Source: Podarcis filfolensis
Lineage: Eukaryota
DNA length: 64,000 bases
NCBI GenBank assembly: GCA_964270895.1
Contig: OZ185453.1
Direction: 5' to 3' (one strand)
Position 1 is the stretch's first letter; each line of letters begins with the position of its first letter. This document shows positions 12,986 to 23,895 of this stretch, piece after piece. Below the pieces are notes generated by a model, which saw only the letters and a list, made by a program, of their open reading frames with translations, made no database searches and was not told the DNA's origin. The position numbers and the translations under genes are program-made.

Positions 12986-13987
12986 AAGAGTTTTAAAATC
13001 TCTTAAAACAATACAAATAATTATAATAAAAACAGCCAGCCGTTTTATTAAAAGTTGTCAGTTCCCAAAAGTCTATTGGAAGAAGAAGGTCTACAACCTG
13101 CTGACAGCAGCGCAACAAGGAGGCAGCTTCTATAGGGAGGGAGTACCAAAGTCTGGGAGCAGCCACTGAGTCTCCCGCATCCCCACCAAGAATTCCTATG
13201 AGGGTGGTGAGACTGAGAGAAGAGCCTCTCCCGACTATCTCAAAACCTGGGCAGGTTTGTATGAAGGAATACAACCTTCCAGATTTCATATGCTTCAGAC
13301 TCTCTTACATTGCAAGCAAGCATCCTCATAAACCTTTAAAATCCCAGGTGAGTGAAGCTTTGATGTGCATGGAAAAAGCACATGTAAAATAATAACAAAA
13401 TACTGCTAAACTATAATTTAGTGGTGCCAGTTCAGCACGGGTTCCCCTTCCGTTGAACTCTTTTCAAGTGTCTGGAACAAAAAATAATTCTGCAAAACGT
13501 AATTGTGAACGTTTCCATTTTCATGCGCCTGCAAAGTGTCAAGTAACATTCCTCTCTAATATACAATTAGCAAGAAAGGGCAAGAAACTTAACACATGAT
13601 TATCTCTTAACGAATTACGTCGCAAAGGATGAGTATAACGAAGTGGGCATTTGCTGAGTTCAGCTTGATGTAAAGTTCCATAGGGTTGTATCCCCATGTT
13701 GGGTCTTGTTGGAGTTGAACTTAGTTGGATACAACCCAGTATCTTTATCATGTTTCTGAATTTCTTCAGTTTTGTGGGGATAAACTATGATACGTATTGG
13801 GAGGTTAGGGCAGGGATAGTTCTTCAACATTATTCCTTTTTAATCCTATGGCTTGTGGGTTGTACAGGCAATAGTTATCAGTTGAGTTTGGGGGAAAGAA
13901 GAGACAGATTATAGAGAAGGAGTCAGCCCTGGAAGGAATTCCAGGTGAGAAACTGAAGGAGGAGAGGGGCAGAGGAAAGGACCTGCT

Positions 13988-14011
13988 CTCTCTCTCTCTC
14001 TCTCTCTCTCT
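13988..14011. repeat. (CT)n microsatellite
   Basis: Direct dinucleotide run. Confidence 0.95.
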
Positions 14012-14020
14012 ATATGTATG

Positions 14021-14453
14021 TGTCAGGGAACTGCCATTGGAGCCCGAGGGAGAGGGAGGGCTCCAGAGGGGTTTCGGAGAGCGTCCCGGGAGGGAGAGAA
14101 GCAGCCCATCTTCTGGGGAAGGAATTCAGCGTAGCACCAGTGGAGAAGGGGGGCAGATGGGGGAATCAGCGAGGTGGCTCCATGACTCCTCGCTGGAGAC
14201 CAGCGGGGAGAGCACGGGTCCTCCGCTGCCCACACCCTCCCTGCGCAGAAGACTTCCGCGCAGGGAGAGTAGGAGGAGACTAGGCGTCAAAGAGCTCCTT
14301 TGCTGGAAGAAGTTCAAGAAATGCCCACTGACGGATTCTGCCAGCGATTGAGACAGCCACGGGTGAGTGGCTGTCCGGACAGAAAGGGTTCACCCAGGTA
14401 ACCTAGCCAGGTGTGGCGTCGATTTATGCACGAGCAACCCCTAGAACCATTAC
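14021..14453. mobile_element. Putative solo LTR (Gypsy/ERV-like)
   Basis: It starts TGTCAG and ends TTACA, is GC-rich within AT-rich intron, and is flanked by gtatg / atatg (near-perfect 5-bp TSD). No internal retroelement sequence is present. Confidence 0.55.
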
Positions 14454-15892
14454 AATATGCATTAGCATTTTGTTACAATACAGTTTACAGTTCATCCACA
14501 CTGAAAGGACAGTGACCACCGTTTTACACACTAAATCATGTACAGACCAAATGTCTATAAAAGCTCTGTTGAGCAATCTAACTTTCTCCGCAACCTTGTG
14601 AGAATTTGCACATTACTTCTCCAATTTTATGGTTGCTTAGCACAGGCCACCACGATTGTGAGATCGTACTGGATTGATGTCTGTTATAAAATGTAACTCA
14701 GCGCTCCACAGAATGTTGAAAAGTATATGTGTATATGTATGAATAGGTCTGATAGCTGTGGCTAAAACAATAATTCGATACAAACCTCTAGGTCTGATTC
14801 TGCCACTATGTCAGCATTGGTTTATTTCTGTTTTTAAATTCCTCTTGGTTTTCAGCAGAGTAAATGGCACAGGAATTTGTACATCTGTCTGTACCTTGAC
14901 CAATGGTGGCCCCCCCTGCCACATAGTTTCCTATTATTTTTACATTTCAGATCTATTTCTTCAAACAGAGGTAGAAAATGAGTTTTAGAAAGACTGAAGT
15001 TGCCCTTGGGCTTTTGATTACCTCAAATTTGTATTTGAGAAGTGAATCCAATACAAGCATGAGTATATCCTGAGTGAGAAATATTATTTTGAAAATAGAA
15101 TTACACAGTGATGATGACTGATCTACAAGCCTTTCAGTATCTGGCTAAGGCTAAAGTGTTATATGCAGAAACGTATTTGCTTGAAAATTCACACCTGAAG
15201 GCAGATAACAGTAAGCTTGAAAGCCAAAGATTATAGTCTTGACCCTTGAAAGGGGAAATCAGTTCAAAAAATAGAGATTTCACGGTGGCATGCCTGTATA
15301 AAGAATGGAATCTTCACACTGGACAAATATGACTTAAAAGCACAGGCATTTCATCTTCTGAAATATTTTAAATATTACTATTATTTAAAGTAGAACTAAA
15401 ATCTTGCCCATTCTCTTTGATCTAATTTTGTATAAAAATTAGAAGGTTTATAGAGACCCTTGTTTCTAGTTGTAGAAAAATGCTTGACAGTGATGCATAC
15501 CACTGTTGTCATGCAATTCTTGAAATATAAGCAAGTATTGATTAACTTTCAGCAATTTTAAAAAATATTGCTGCAGGCGGTAAAATCAAGGAAAGTCATT
15601 ATACTGAACATTAACTTACACATTAACTAGCTGACTTTCACACATTTTCTGTTTTAGGGGAGAGCACTCAGGCGTGTTTAACCATATTTCTAAAATGTTT
15701 TTAAAATTATATTAAAATAGTTTGATGAGGAATAAACGCTTCTTCTTTTTTTCAATTAGAGATTTGCTAAAATACAGAAGATCCTATAGCCGACTAACCA
15801 ACCACTATTTATTATGTTAGTTAAATATATATGGATCCGTTAAACCACACAAAATATATGTTATCATACAGCCTTTTGCCACTATCCCTATC

Positions 15893-16200
15893 TTTTTGGC
15901 GATCATTCGTAGCCGAGTAAGATTGTCTTCCATGAAGGCAGTCTTAGCAGTGTGCCCATGAGTGACTGTGGAGGCCAGTTTTGGATCCACACGTCCTTCC
16001 ACAGTGGGGACATAGGTTTCTGGGCAGGAGTTGATCACGGTGAGGATTTGCCAAATGTGCCTTACTTTTAGCTCGCTTCTCCTGAGTTTCGTCCTGAGTT
16101 TGTGCTTCTTCAGAGTCCAAGACACCTTTGTTAAAGGCTGTTCTCCAATTGGAGTATTTGCAGGCCAGTGTTTCCCAATTTTATGTGCTTATACTACTAT
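15893..16200 (-). mobile_element. RTE-clade LINE 3' fragment (ORF2 C-terminus with C2H2 finger)
   Basis: The minus strand reads as a degenerate ...WETLAC...FTKGV...LANPHRDQL.P.NLCPHCGRTCGSK.GLHSH.. C-terminus. Confidence 0.7.
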
Positions 16201-16491
16201 CCCTATAGAGTTGTAATAAGTGGTTGTCTAAATTATGTGCATTACAGGCTATATCTACTGAATGGTCTGATTTGCGCAACATGGTGAGCCAAACCATGTC
16301 TTACCGAGACTCTTTGCTCCCCCCCCCCCAGTCCTTTTTACTATTGCACTGTGGCTTAGCATGTCCAAACTGGGACCTGTGGATAAATTCCCTACCAACT
16401 ACTCATGAGAGGTAGCTGAGTTTTGTTCTTGCTATAACTATAAATACCTTTTGGAAACTGAATCTGTAAAAGTAAATGCAAAAGAATTAGT

Positions 16492-16829
16492 TACAGGTAG
16501 GTAGCCGTGTTGGTCTGCCGTAGTTGAAACAAAATAAAAAAATCCTTCCAGTAACACCTTAGAGACCAACTAAGTTTGTTACAGTAGTACCTTGGGTTAC
16601 AGACACTTCAGGTTACAGACTCCGCTAACCCAGAAATAGTACCTCGGGTTAAGAACTTTGCTTCAGGATGAGAACAGAAATCGCACAGTGACGGCGCAGC
16701 GGCAGCGGGAGTTCCCATTAGCTAAAGTGGTGCTTCAGGTTAAGAACAGTTTCAGGTTAAGAACAGACCTCCAGAATGAATTAAGTTCTTAACCCGAGGT
16801 ACCACTGCATTGGTATGAGCTTTCGTGTA
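16492..16829. mobile_element. Penelope-like repeat fragment interrupted by a Tigger-like MITE
   Basis: tacaggtaggtagccgtgttggtc...caccttagagaccaactaagtttgt and ttggtatgagctttcgtg are contiguous in the squamate repeat as I recall it. The family assignment is from memory. Confidence 0.5.
16582..16807. mobile_element. Tc1/mariner (Tigger-like) MITE, opposite orientation to 40450 and 42290
   Basis: TIRs CAGTAGTACCTTGGGTTA / TTAACCCGAGGTACCACTG. The left flank is TA and the right flank CA. It is the reverse complement of the 40450-40675 family. Confidence 0.85.
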
Positions 16830-17253
16830 TTCCATTAAACCTATTCTAGGTTTCAAATGATCAAAAGAATGAAATAAAGGTACAGAAAATACCAGTTCAA
16901 AACAAATTTCATCACTTTGCTTTTTCAGTATTCTGGTGTATGGAGCCCCATCTATCTATGTATATCAAATGTATATCAAATGAACTTACATTAATTAAGG
17001 AGTCTACACAGAATAACTAAAGTCCCCCCCCCCCCCGCTTTCTATGTCACTCAGTTTTGTATGATTAGTTTCTAATGAGCTGCTTGCTCAGAGTTACATC
17101 CCAGCTTTGTTCATAGGCATGGATACTTTGGCTGGTGTTAAGGCCACTTATAATATATTTGTAATAAAAAAATCAATAGATGTGAGTACTTAATGTGTAG
17201 CATTCATTCTGATTATTATTAAACAATTAATTTATTAGAAACTTACAATCATT

Positions 17254-17362
17254 TGTTAGGGAAGTTTTTAACGTGTGATATTTTATTGTATTTTTGGTTT
17301 TTATGGAAGCCGCCCAGAGTGGCTGGGGAGGCCCAGCCAGATGGGCAGGGTATAAATAATAA

Positions 17363-17404
<42 letters not shown>
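17254..17404 (+). mobile_element. L2-clade LINE 3' end with (ATT)n tail
   Basis: gttagggaagtttttaa...gccgcccagagtggctgggg...gggtataaataataaa(tta)n. Confidence 0.8.
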
Positions 17405-17406
<2 letters not shown>

Positions 17407-19986
17407 GAAGATAAACAGCACAATCCTAACTATGCCAGTTTAGAAGGAAGTCCTATTGAATTCAGTGGTGTTTACTTCCACGAAATTAGGGTTAGGATCA
17501 CAGCCTAAGGCTGCAATTCTTTGCACTCTTTGCTGATGGTTGGCCCATTAAATGTGATGGAACTTATTTCCAAGGATTGTGCAGCATATGCACAGCTGTT
17601 GGAAAGCTAGAGGAGGATTTATTTGACCGTTTATTTCAAAATCAGAATAAAGTGAAGTTACCGTTGGAACAACTTGGCTATTGTCTCAGTGATCAATAGT
17701 AACCTGCTGTTTATTACATGACTTACTTAATAAACTTACAATAATTCAGCATTATAACGTAATGCAGCAAAAATAGTCTTAATTTCTTAAATCCAGTTCC
17801 AGCTCAGCTCAGTCGGAATAGCCAAGTGCTCCTCTCATCACAGCATTGCCTATATTGCCCCCACTTGCTACAGATAATATTGCTGAGTGATATCCAGAGT
17901 GAATTAGTTTGCTAACAGATTGGTTCCACACCTTTGTTGCTGGAAAACTGTGACTAACATATTATTAGATAGCAGCAGAAGCTGCTGCTGACTGCACATT
18001 TTTACAAATACCGTTTTATGCTGTTTTGAAGTTCCTTTCCATAACAAATATGTACTAAATAAATACTCCTGAACAGTTATGTTACACTTGCCCACCTTCC
18101 CTCAAATGGATTTCGTTTAAAATACTGTACACATCTCTTAAAATTAGTCAGAAATGTGATACTCATTCTACAAGATGATGTGTTTTACAGAGAGAGAGAG
18201 ACTGAACGAACATCTTAGAATAATTCACCAATAGCAACAAGAATGTAAAGTAGAATTATTCTTCCACAAGCTCCACCTATGTAAATTATGCGAACCGTTA
18301 TGGATGTGTGTTTTAAGGTTGGAGAATTACACAAAAGCAATTGAATAAGGGTTTACCATGCACAGATCCTAACCAGAAGACAATTTGCATTGCAGGAACT
18401 GTATAGTTTCCTGGTAAGCAAAATAATAAAGCTTCAGAGTAAAAATGCACAGTAGTGGAGAAGATATGAACAGGTGCAAGGACAATGTATAAGGACAGAG
18501 GGGAGGCAGAGCATGAAAGGCTTCAGAAAAAGGTAGAACATTAGTCATTTGTCAAAGTCAGTTTGCACATGGCAAGAGCATTCTTAGGCATTTGAAAGGT
18601 GCTCTAGACTTACAGCTGTACTGTATGGCTTGCCACAGTATCTCTAAAAGCAGCACTATTTCCCTAGGCTTCTGAAATTTGTTTCTAAATATATACACTG
18701 GAAACATCTCATGTTGAAAAATTCAATTTGCATTGTTGCGACAAATGAAATGAACAGTATGAATGCAATTGACTACCACTTTTGCAGAAGCCATGTACGA
18801 TATAGGAATTGATGCTGGGTATATATTTAGGGAATTTCAGCAGCACTTCAGCCTTTTCTGCGCAAATAGGCTCCTGTGTGATTTGGAACTACAGATGACC
18901 AGGTTTCTAAATTGTGTGGGTTCAGCTTGAGTTCAACAGGCAGAAGTTCAGCTCCCAATGTGTGGGAGGCTGCAGGGACAGTAACAAGGACATGCAGGAT
19001 GGAGTGGAACAACAGGCTTCTCCCCATTCTCTGCCTCCCATTATGATAATTCTGTGTATGGGGGGTGGATGCTATTGATTGAATTGATCTCAAGTTTCCA
19101 CGCAGTCATAAGGTAGATCTATGTACCACCTGTCATATTAGTTATAGAAGTATATATACTTCACTTTAGATCAGCTATAAAACCTATCCATCTGCTCTTC
19201 AACTGCAGCCTAATAGTCATGTTCAGATGGTACAGAGAAGCAAAACAATTATTATTCTGTTCTCTTATTTCAACAAAAATAAGTAACTAAACAAAAAAGT
19301 CGAGTTCTAGACCTGCTATAATTTTTAATGAGGTAATGAGCTTCCTGACTACAGCAGACTGTGCTCTGCCTGACTTCTACAATGATGAATTGACGATGTC
19401 AAAATATGCGGCATAGTACAGGGAGATATTTTTCCTGTGAAAGTTTCTCATTCTTTATTTATTAGAGCCATGGTAGTGTCATAACTTATAATACAAGTGC
19501 CATTTTGCGTGATTTATTTTAATGAATGTCAGTTCTTGACATGTTTAGAGATTCTTGACCCATATTTAATGCTCAAAACTCTTAAGTGTTCTGAAATGTA
19601 ATAAATCAGCCCTGATATCTTTATGAAAATCAACAAACCACATATCTTTGTAAGTTGCTTTCCTCTTAGAAAGTTGTGCTTATATCACAGCTTTCCATCA
19701 GGCAGATATTGTCTCGGCTGATTTTATATATCTTTCAAAGGTCACCCTTGTCTTTATTAAATATATATATGTATTTAATTGTTAGCAAAATACCACACTG
19801 CAATCCTGAGAAGGTTGGCTGAAGTCCAACTGAACTCAGAGGAACTTGCTTCTGCATGAAGATTCTAATTAATCAAAAAGCATCTTTATACTGTTTTGGC
19901 TTTGCCTTTTGGTAACACACATGATCCAGTCCTGTTGCAATGCCGGCAAAGCAATCATAGGATCATCTAAAAACTGGTATGGCACT

Positions 19987-20096
19987 CATACCATAGAACC
20001 AGCGAGTTGGAAAGGACCCTGAGGATCAGGAATATGCAGCTGTCCTATACAAGGATCAAACCTTGGTGTTATCAGCACCACGCTCTAACCAACTTA
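19987..20096 (-). mobile_element. tRNA-derived SINE with CR1-type tail (Squam2-type), internally deleted
   Basis: Reverse complement of the 45627-45783 element. Confidence 0.75.
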
Positions 20097-20403
20097 GGTA
20101 CCTCTGAGGTTCTCCTTGTGCATCCATGGAGCTTTCCTGCTCCTGGTGGGAAGGAAACTGGGAAGGCCACTTTGCAGAAGCCTAAGGCATATTAGTCACC
20201 TCACCTTCAAAGGGCCTCAAACCTTTCTCCCATTGAAGTCAATGGGGAGGATTTTGTTTAAAAGGGAAGGAAAAAGAGAGAGAAAGCTACTTCACTTTCC
20301 ACCCCTGCTATAGCTATCTGACAGAGCTTTGGATGTAGGTTTTGCTCTGCTGTACAGTCTCACAGGCTTGCTCTCTGATGAAGCCAAGCAACCGTAGAAA
20401 TTA

Positions 20404-20977
20404 CCGTATTTTTTGCCCTATAGTACACACTTTTCCCCCTCCAAAAATGAAGGGGAAATGTGTGTGTGTCCTATGGGGCGAATGCAGGCTTTCGCTGAAG
20501 CCTGGAGAGCAAGAGGGGTCGGTGCGCACCGACCCCTCTTGCTCTCCAGGCTTCAGGAAGCCATCCGCAAGCCATGGGAGAGCTGCGCGACTTGTGGAGA
20601 GCTGCCTGCACCCCGAAGCCTGGGGGCGCGCTGAGCTCAGCGCCCCCAGGCTTTGGGCTTCGCGCAGCTCTCCGCAAGCCGTGGGAGGGCTGTGCGAAGT
20701 CGCGCAGCTCTCCCACGGCTTGTGAAGAGCTGCCTGCACCCCGAAGCCTGGGAGCACACTGAGCTCAGCGCCCCCCAGGCTTCGGGCAGCTCTCTGCAAG
20801 CCTTGGGAGGGCTGCGCGAAGTTGTGCAGCTCTTCCACGGCTTGTGAAGAGCTGCCTGCATGGCTTGCGGAGGGCTGCCTGTCCTGGGGGCTGGGGTTGG
20901 GGGAAGCTTGGGCTTTTTATTTCCTCTTTATTTCCCCCCCAAAAAACTAGGTGCGCCCTATGGGCCGAAAAATACGG
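20404..20977 (-). mobile_element. TA-flanked Tc1/mariner-type MITE (CCGTATTTTT TIR) with a degenerate GC-rich hairpin array
   Basis: ta|CCGTATTTTTTGCCCTATAG ... CTATGGGCCGAAAAATACGG|tg. It belongs to the same family as 52401-53355, in opposite orientation. Confidence 0.85.
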
Positions 20978-21207
20978 TGTTTTCAACCATCTTCATAGCA
21001 AAAATACTCTTGCACTCCAATCCTAGATATATCACTGTGCACTTTGAAGGTGGTTATGAGTGATTGGGAAGATGGGAAGAACTATGGGAGCTTAGGAAAG
21101 GTACTCCTTACATTTATGATTTGCTTTTTATCATAGTTAGAAAATTATTTGTCTTTTAAAGTCATAACTTCATAATTCACTCTTGCCGTTCTTACATTAC
21201 CCTAAAC

Positions 21208-21343
21208 CAGGCTTCCTCAAACTCGGCCCTCCAGATGTTTTTGGCCTACAACTCCCATGATCCCTCGCTAGCAAGACCAGTGGTCAGGGATGATGGGAAT
21301 TGTAGTCTCAAAACATCTGGAGGGCCGAGTTTGAGGAAGCCTG
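21208..21343. mobile_element. Young palindromic hAT MITE (136 bp)
   Basis: Long TIRs caggcttcctcaaactcggccctccagatgttt / aaacatctggagggccgagtttgaggaagcctg. The perfect 8-bp TSD ccctaaac lies at 21200-21207 and 21344-21351. Confidence 0.93.
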
Positions 21344-22554
21344 CCCTAAACTGATTTGAAACATTTATATTGTGATTAGCACTAAACAGGTCAGCAGCTA
21401 TGTGCTTTAAAAAAATGGCAGCTTTTTAAGGTTGTGTGATTACACCTGTCATGCATTTAGTTCAGAAAATAAACTTCCATGAGTTGCAAGATGAAAGACT
21501 CAAAATTAAGAAAGTCTCTCTGCCAATGTATGAAAATGTAGTTGCCTGCCCATCCCCCAATGTGCTTAGGCTATCATTTCAAAACCCTGGGCTATAAATG
21601 TGCGAATATTGCCATTTTGGAGATAAAAATGAAACGGTTGAGACAAGAATCCAGAATTACCCTACTTGTGAAGATGCTATGGTTAATTATTTAAATTCTT
21701 ATCACTACCAGTACTTTATTTCTATTTATGTTTTCTCCACTTTCTTATCTATGTTGTCTTCTTCCCATATAGCGTTAGGTTTCCATCCTCATATTTGCTT
21801 ATCTTACCTTCTTATCCATACCTGTCCATTTTGTTCTTTTTGTATCGATACAACTGCTGCACTTTACTGAAATATACAAGAGTTCTGCATTTTGAAACAC
21901 TGGTGTGATGCACTTAGGGCACAGTAATTCCCATTTTGCTGCTGTTGCCAAGTGATACCACTGAGTTGTCATTAAAAAGTAGTTGGTGCTGAGAGGTCTA
22001 GTTTATTATGACAAGCCCAACCTCTTTGTTGGATGACTTGGGCAATTTGAAAAACAACAACAACCTTAAATGGGTGCTAGTTTTCAGGCCATCAAATCTA
22101 ACAGCCTTTGAAGAAGCATTACAGATAAAGAATATGGCTTGCTTTTATTTACTTTTAGTGTGTGGGCTCTTACTGATCATCGCTATCCTACTTAGGAATG
22201 CAATAAAACACAATGCGTAAAAACACCACCTTAGCAAGATCTTCACATCCTTTATGTAATAGTAGCAATTTCTAATATTTAAAGACATATATTTGAACAG
22301 AAGTTGCCTTGGGAGCACATGACATGTTTAGTTGTATAGCTGTTCATAAGACTTTTTTGCCTAGAAATGTGAAGCATGGGCACAACAAACACAGTGGCAA
22401 ACATGTGGATCCTACAGGCACCCTCATTAAGTGGCAGTGATTGGCTTCAGCTTTTGAATGCCCTCAGCAAAGTTGGTTGGAATGGTCCCTAGGATTCCGG
22501 AGGTGGGAGATGTGACTGTACTTTCTGTTGGAAATCTGCAACTAAGAATTATAT

Positions 22555-22660
22555 TGTTGTTGTTGTTTAGTCGTTTAGTCGTGTCCGACTCTTCGTTACC
22601 CCATGGACCAGAGCACGCCCGGCACTTCTGTCTTCCACTGCCTCCCGCAGTTTGGTCAAA
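22555..22660 (-). mobile_element. RTE/BovB-like LINE, extremely 5'-truncated 3' end with (CAA)n tail
   Basis: ttgttgttgtttagtcgtttagtcgtgtccgactc.... The 11-bp TSD aagaattatat lies at 22544-22554 and 22661-22671. Confidence 0.85.
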
Positions 22661-23637
22661 AAGAATTATATAGAATGTGTGAAATATGAAGTAGCACAGT
22701 GGCTGTCTCCATAGTTTGTTTATATTAAGTACTAGATGCATATAAATTTTACTGAATGAGTATTCAAATGCTCAAAATGTGTTTGTGTATTACATGCAAA
22801 ACAGGGAAGAGCTCTGTCCTACTGCAAAAATTACTGCAGGAAATCACTTGTGTTGTGCAGGAAATTAGAATCATTAGGCAATTACGGTAGTCCCTTCTGA
22901 CCTTTTCACATACCTGAAATACTGTAGAGTATTTACAGTTATTAAAATTGTAGCATGATGGGATGAGCCTGTCCTTGGGGTGGAAACAGTGAGCTAGAAG
23001 ATGACCAACCAGGCTTTCTAATTGGTTCCAGGTGGGTGATGATGAACTGGGCCCAAAGCATAAGATGGAGGTGAGCAGGCCTTCCTGTGAACAGCACTTC
23101 CCGTGGGAAGATGCTGAAATGAAATCGCATCCCTAGGCATCCAGCTGACCAAAAATCAAATCAACACTGTTAGGCAAAGCAGCTGTTCAAGACCTACCCC
23201 TGCTGAAGAGTCTGCATGGGGAAAACCCTGGTCAAGGTTGTCTAACAGGATACCTGAGTGAGAAGGAAGTGCAGAGCAAATCTGAAAAAGATTGTGAACT
23301 TATTGCTGTACCCTGGGGACAGCAAGACTCTACAAAAAGCCTATTAAAATATAGGACATAAACTGCATTTTAAATTAATATGGGGAGTTGAGACAGCTTG
23401 GGTGAGTTCATAATTCCTTGAGCTGGATAAACAGATTATGTTCTATAGATGAGGGCTTTTTTTGGAAATAATGTGGAATGTCAAAGTATTTTTGTCCCAT
23501 TGGTAAAATATATTTGTGATATGCATCTTTTTCATTAGCAAATAAATAGCAAGGCTGTTTTTGGACAACTATGATTGTTCTGATAGCTAGAGCTCATGAC
23601 AAAGCTTGACTTCCAGTTGGCCAAAGGTTTTTAAATC

Positions 23638-23640
<3 letters not shown>

Positions 23641-23676
<36 letters not shown>
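23641..23676. repeat. (CT)n microsatellite
   Basis: Direct dinucleotide run adjacent to an old SINE tail. Confidence 0.95.
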
Positions 23677-23681
<5 letters not shown>

Positions 23682-23895
23682 ATTACATTTATATCCCACC
23701 TTTCCATAAGGCGCTCAAAGGTGGTGTACATGGTTCTTAATGTCCCTGGTTTATCATCACAACAGCTGCATGACGTAGGTTAGGCTGAGAGATAGTGATT
23801 GGTGCAAGTTCACTCAGTGAGTTTCATGGCTGAGTAGAGACTAGAACCCTGGTCTCCTGGGTCTCAGTCCAAGACTCTTAGACCACTCTGGCTCT
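23677..23895 (-). mobile_element. Old tRNA-derived SINE (MIR/Squam3-like), degenerate
   Basis: ttatttattacatttatatcccacctt...cacaacagc...gtaggttaggctgagagatagtga...gaaccctggtctcc pattern typical of CORE-like sauropsid SINEs. Confidence 0.6.
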
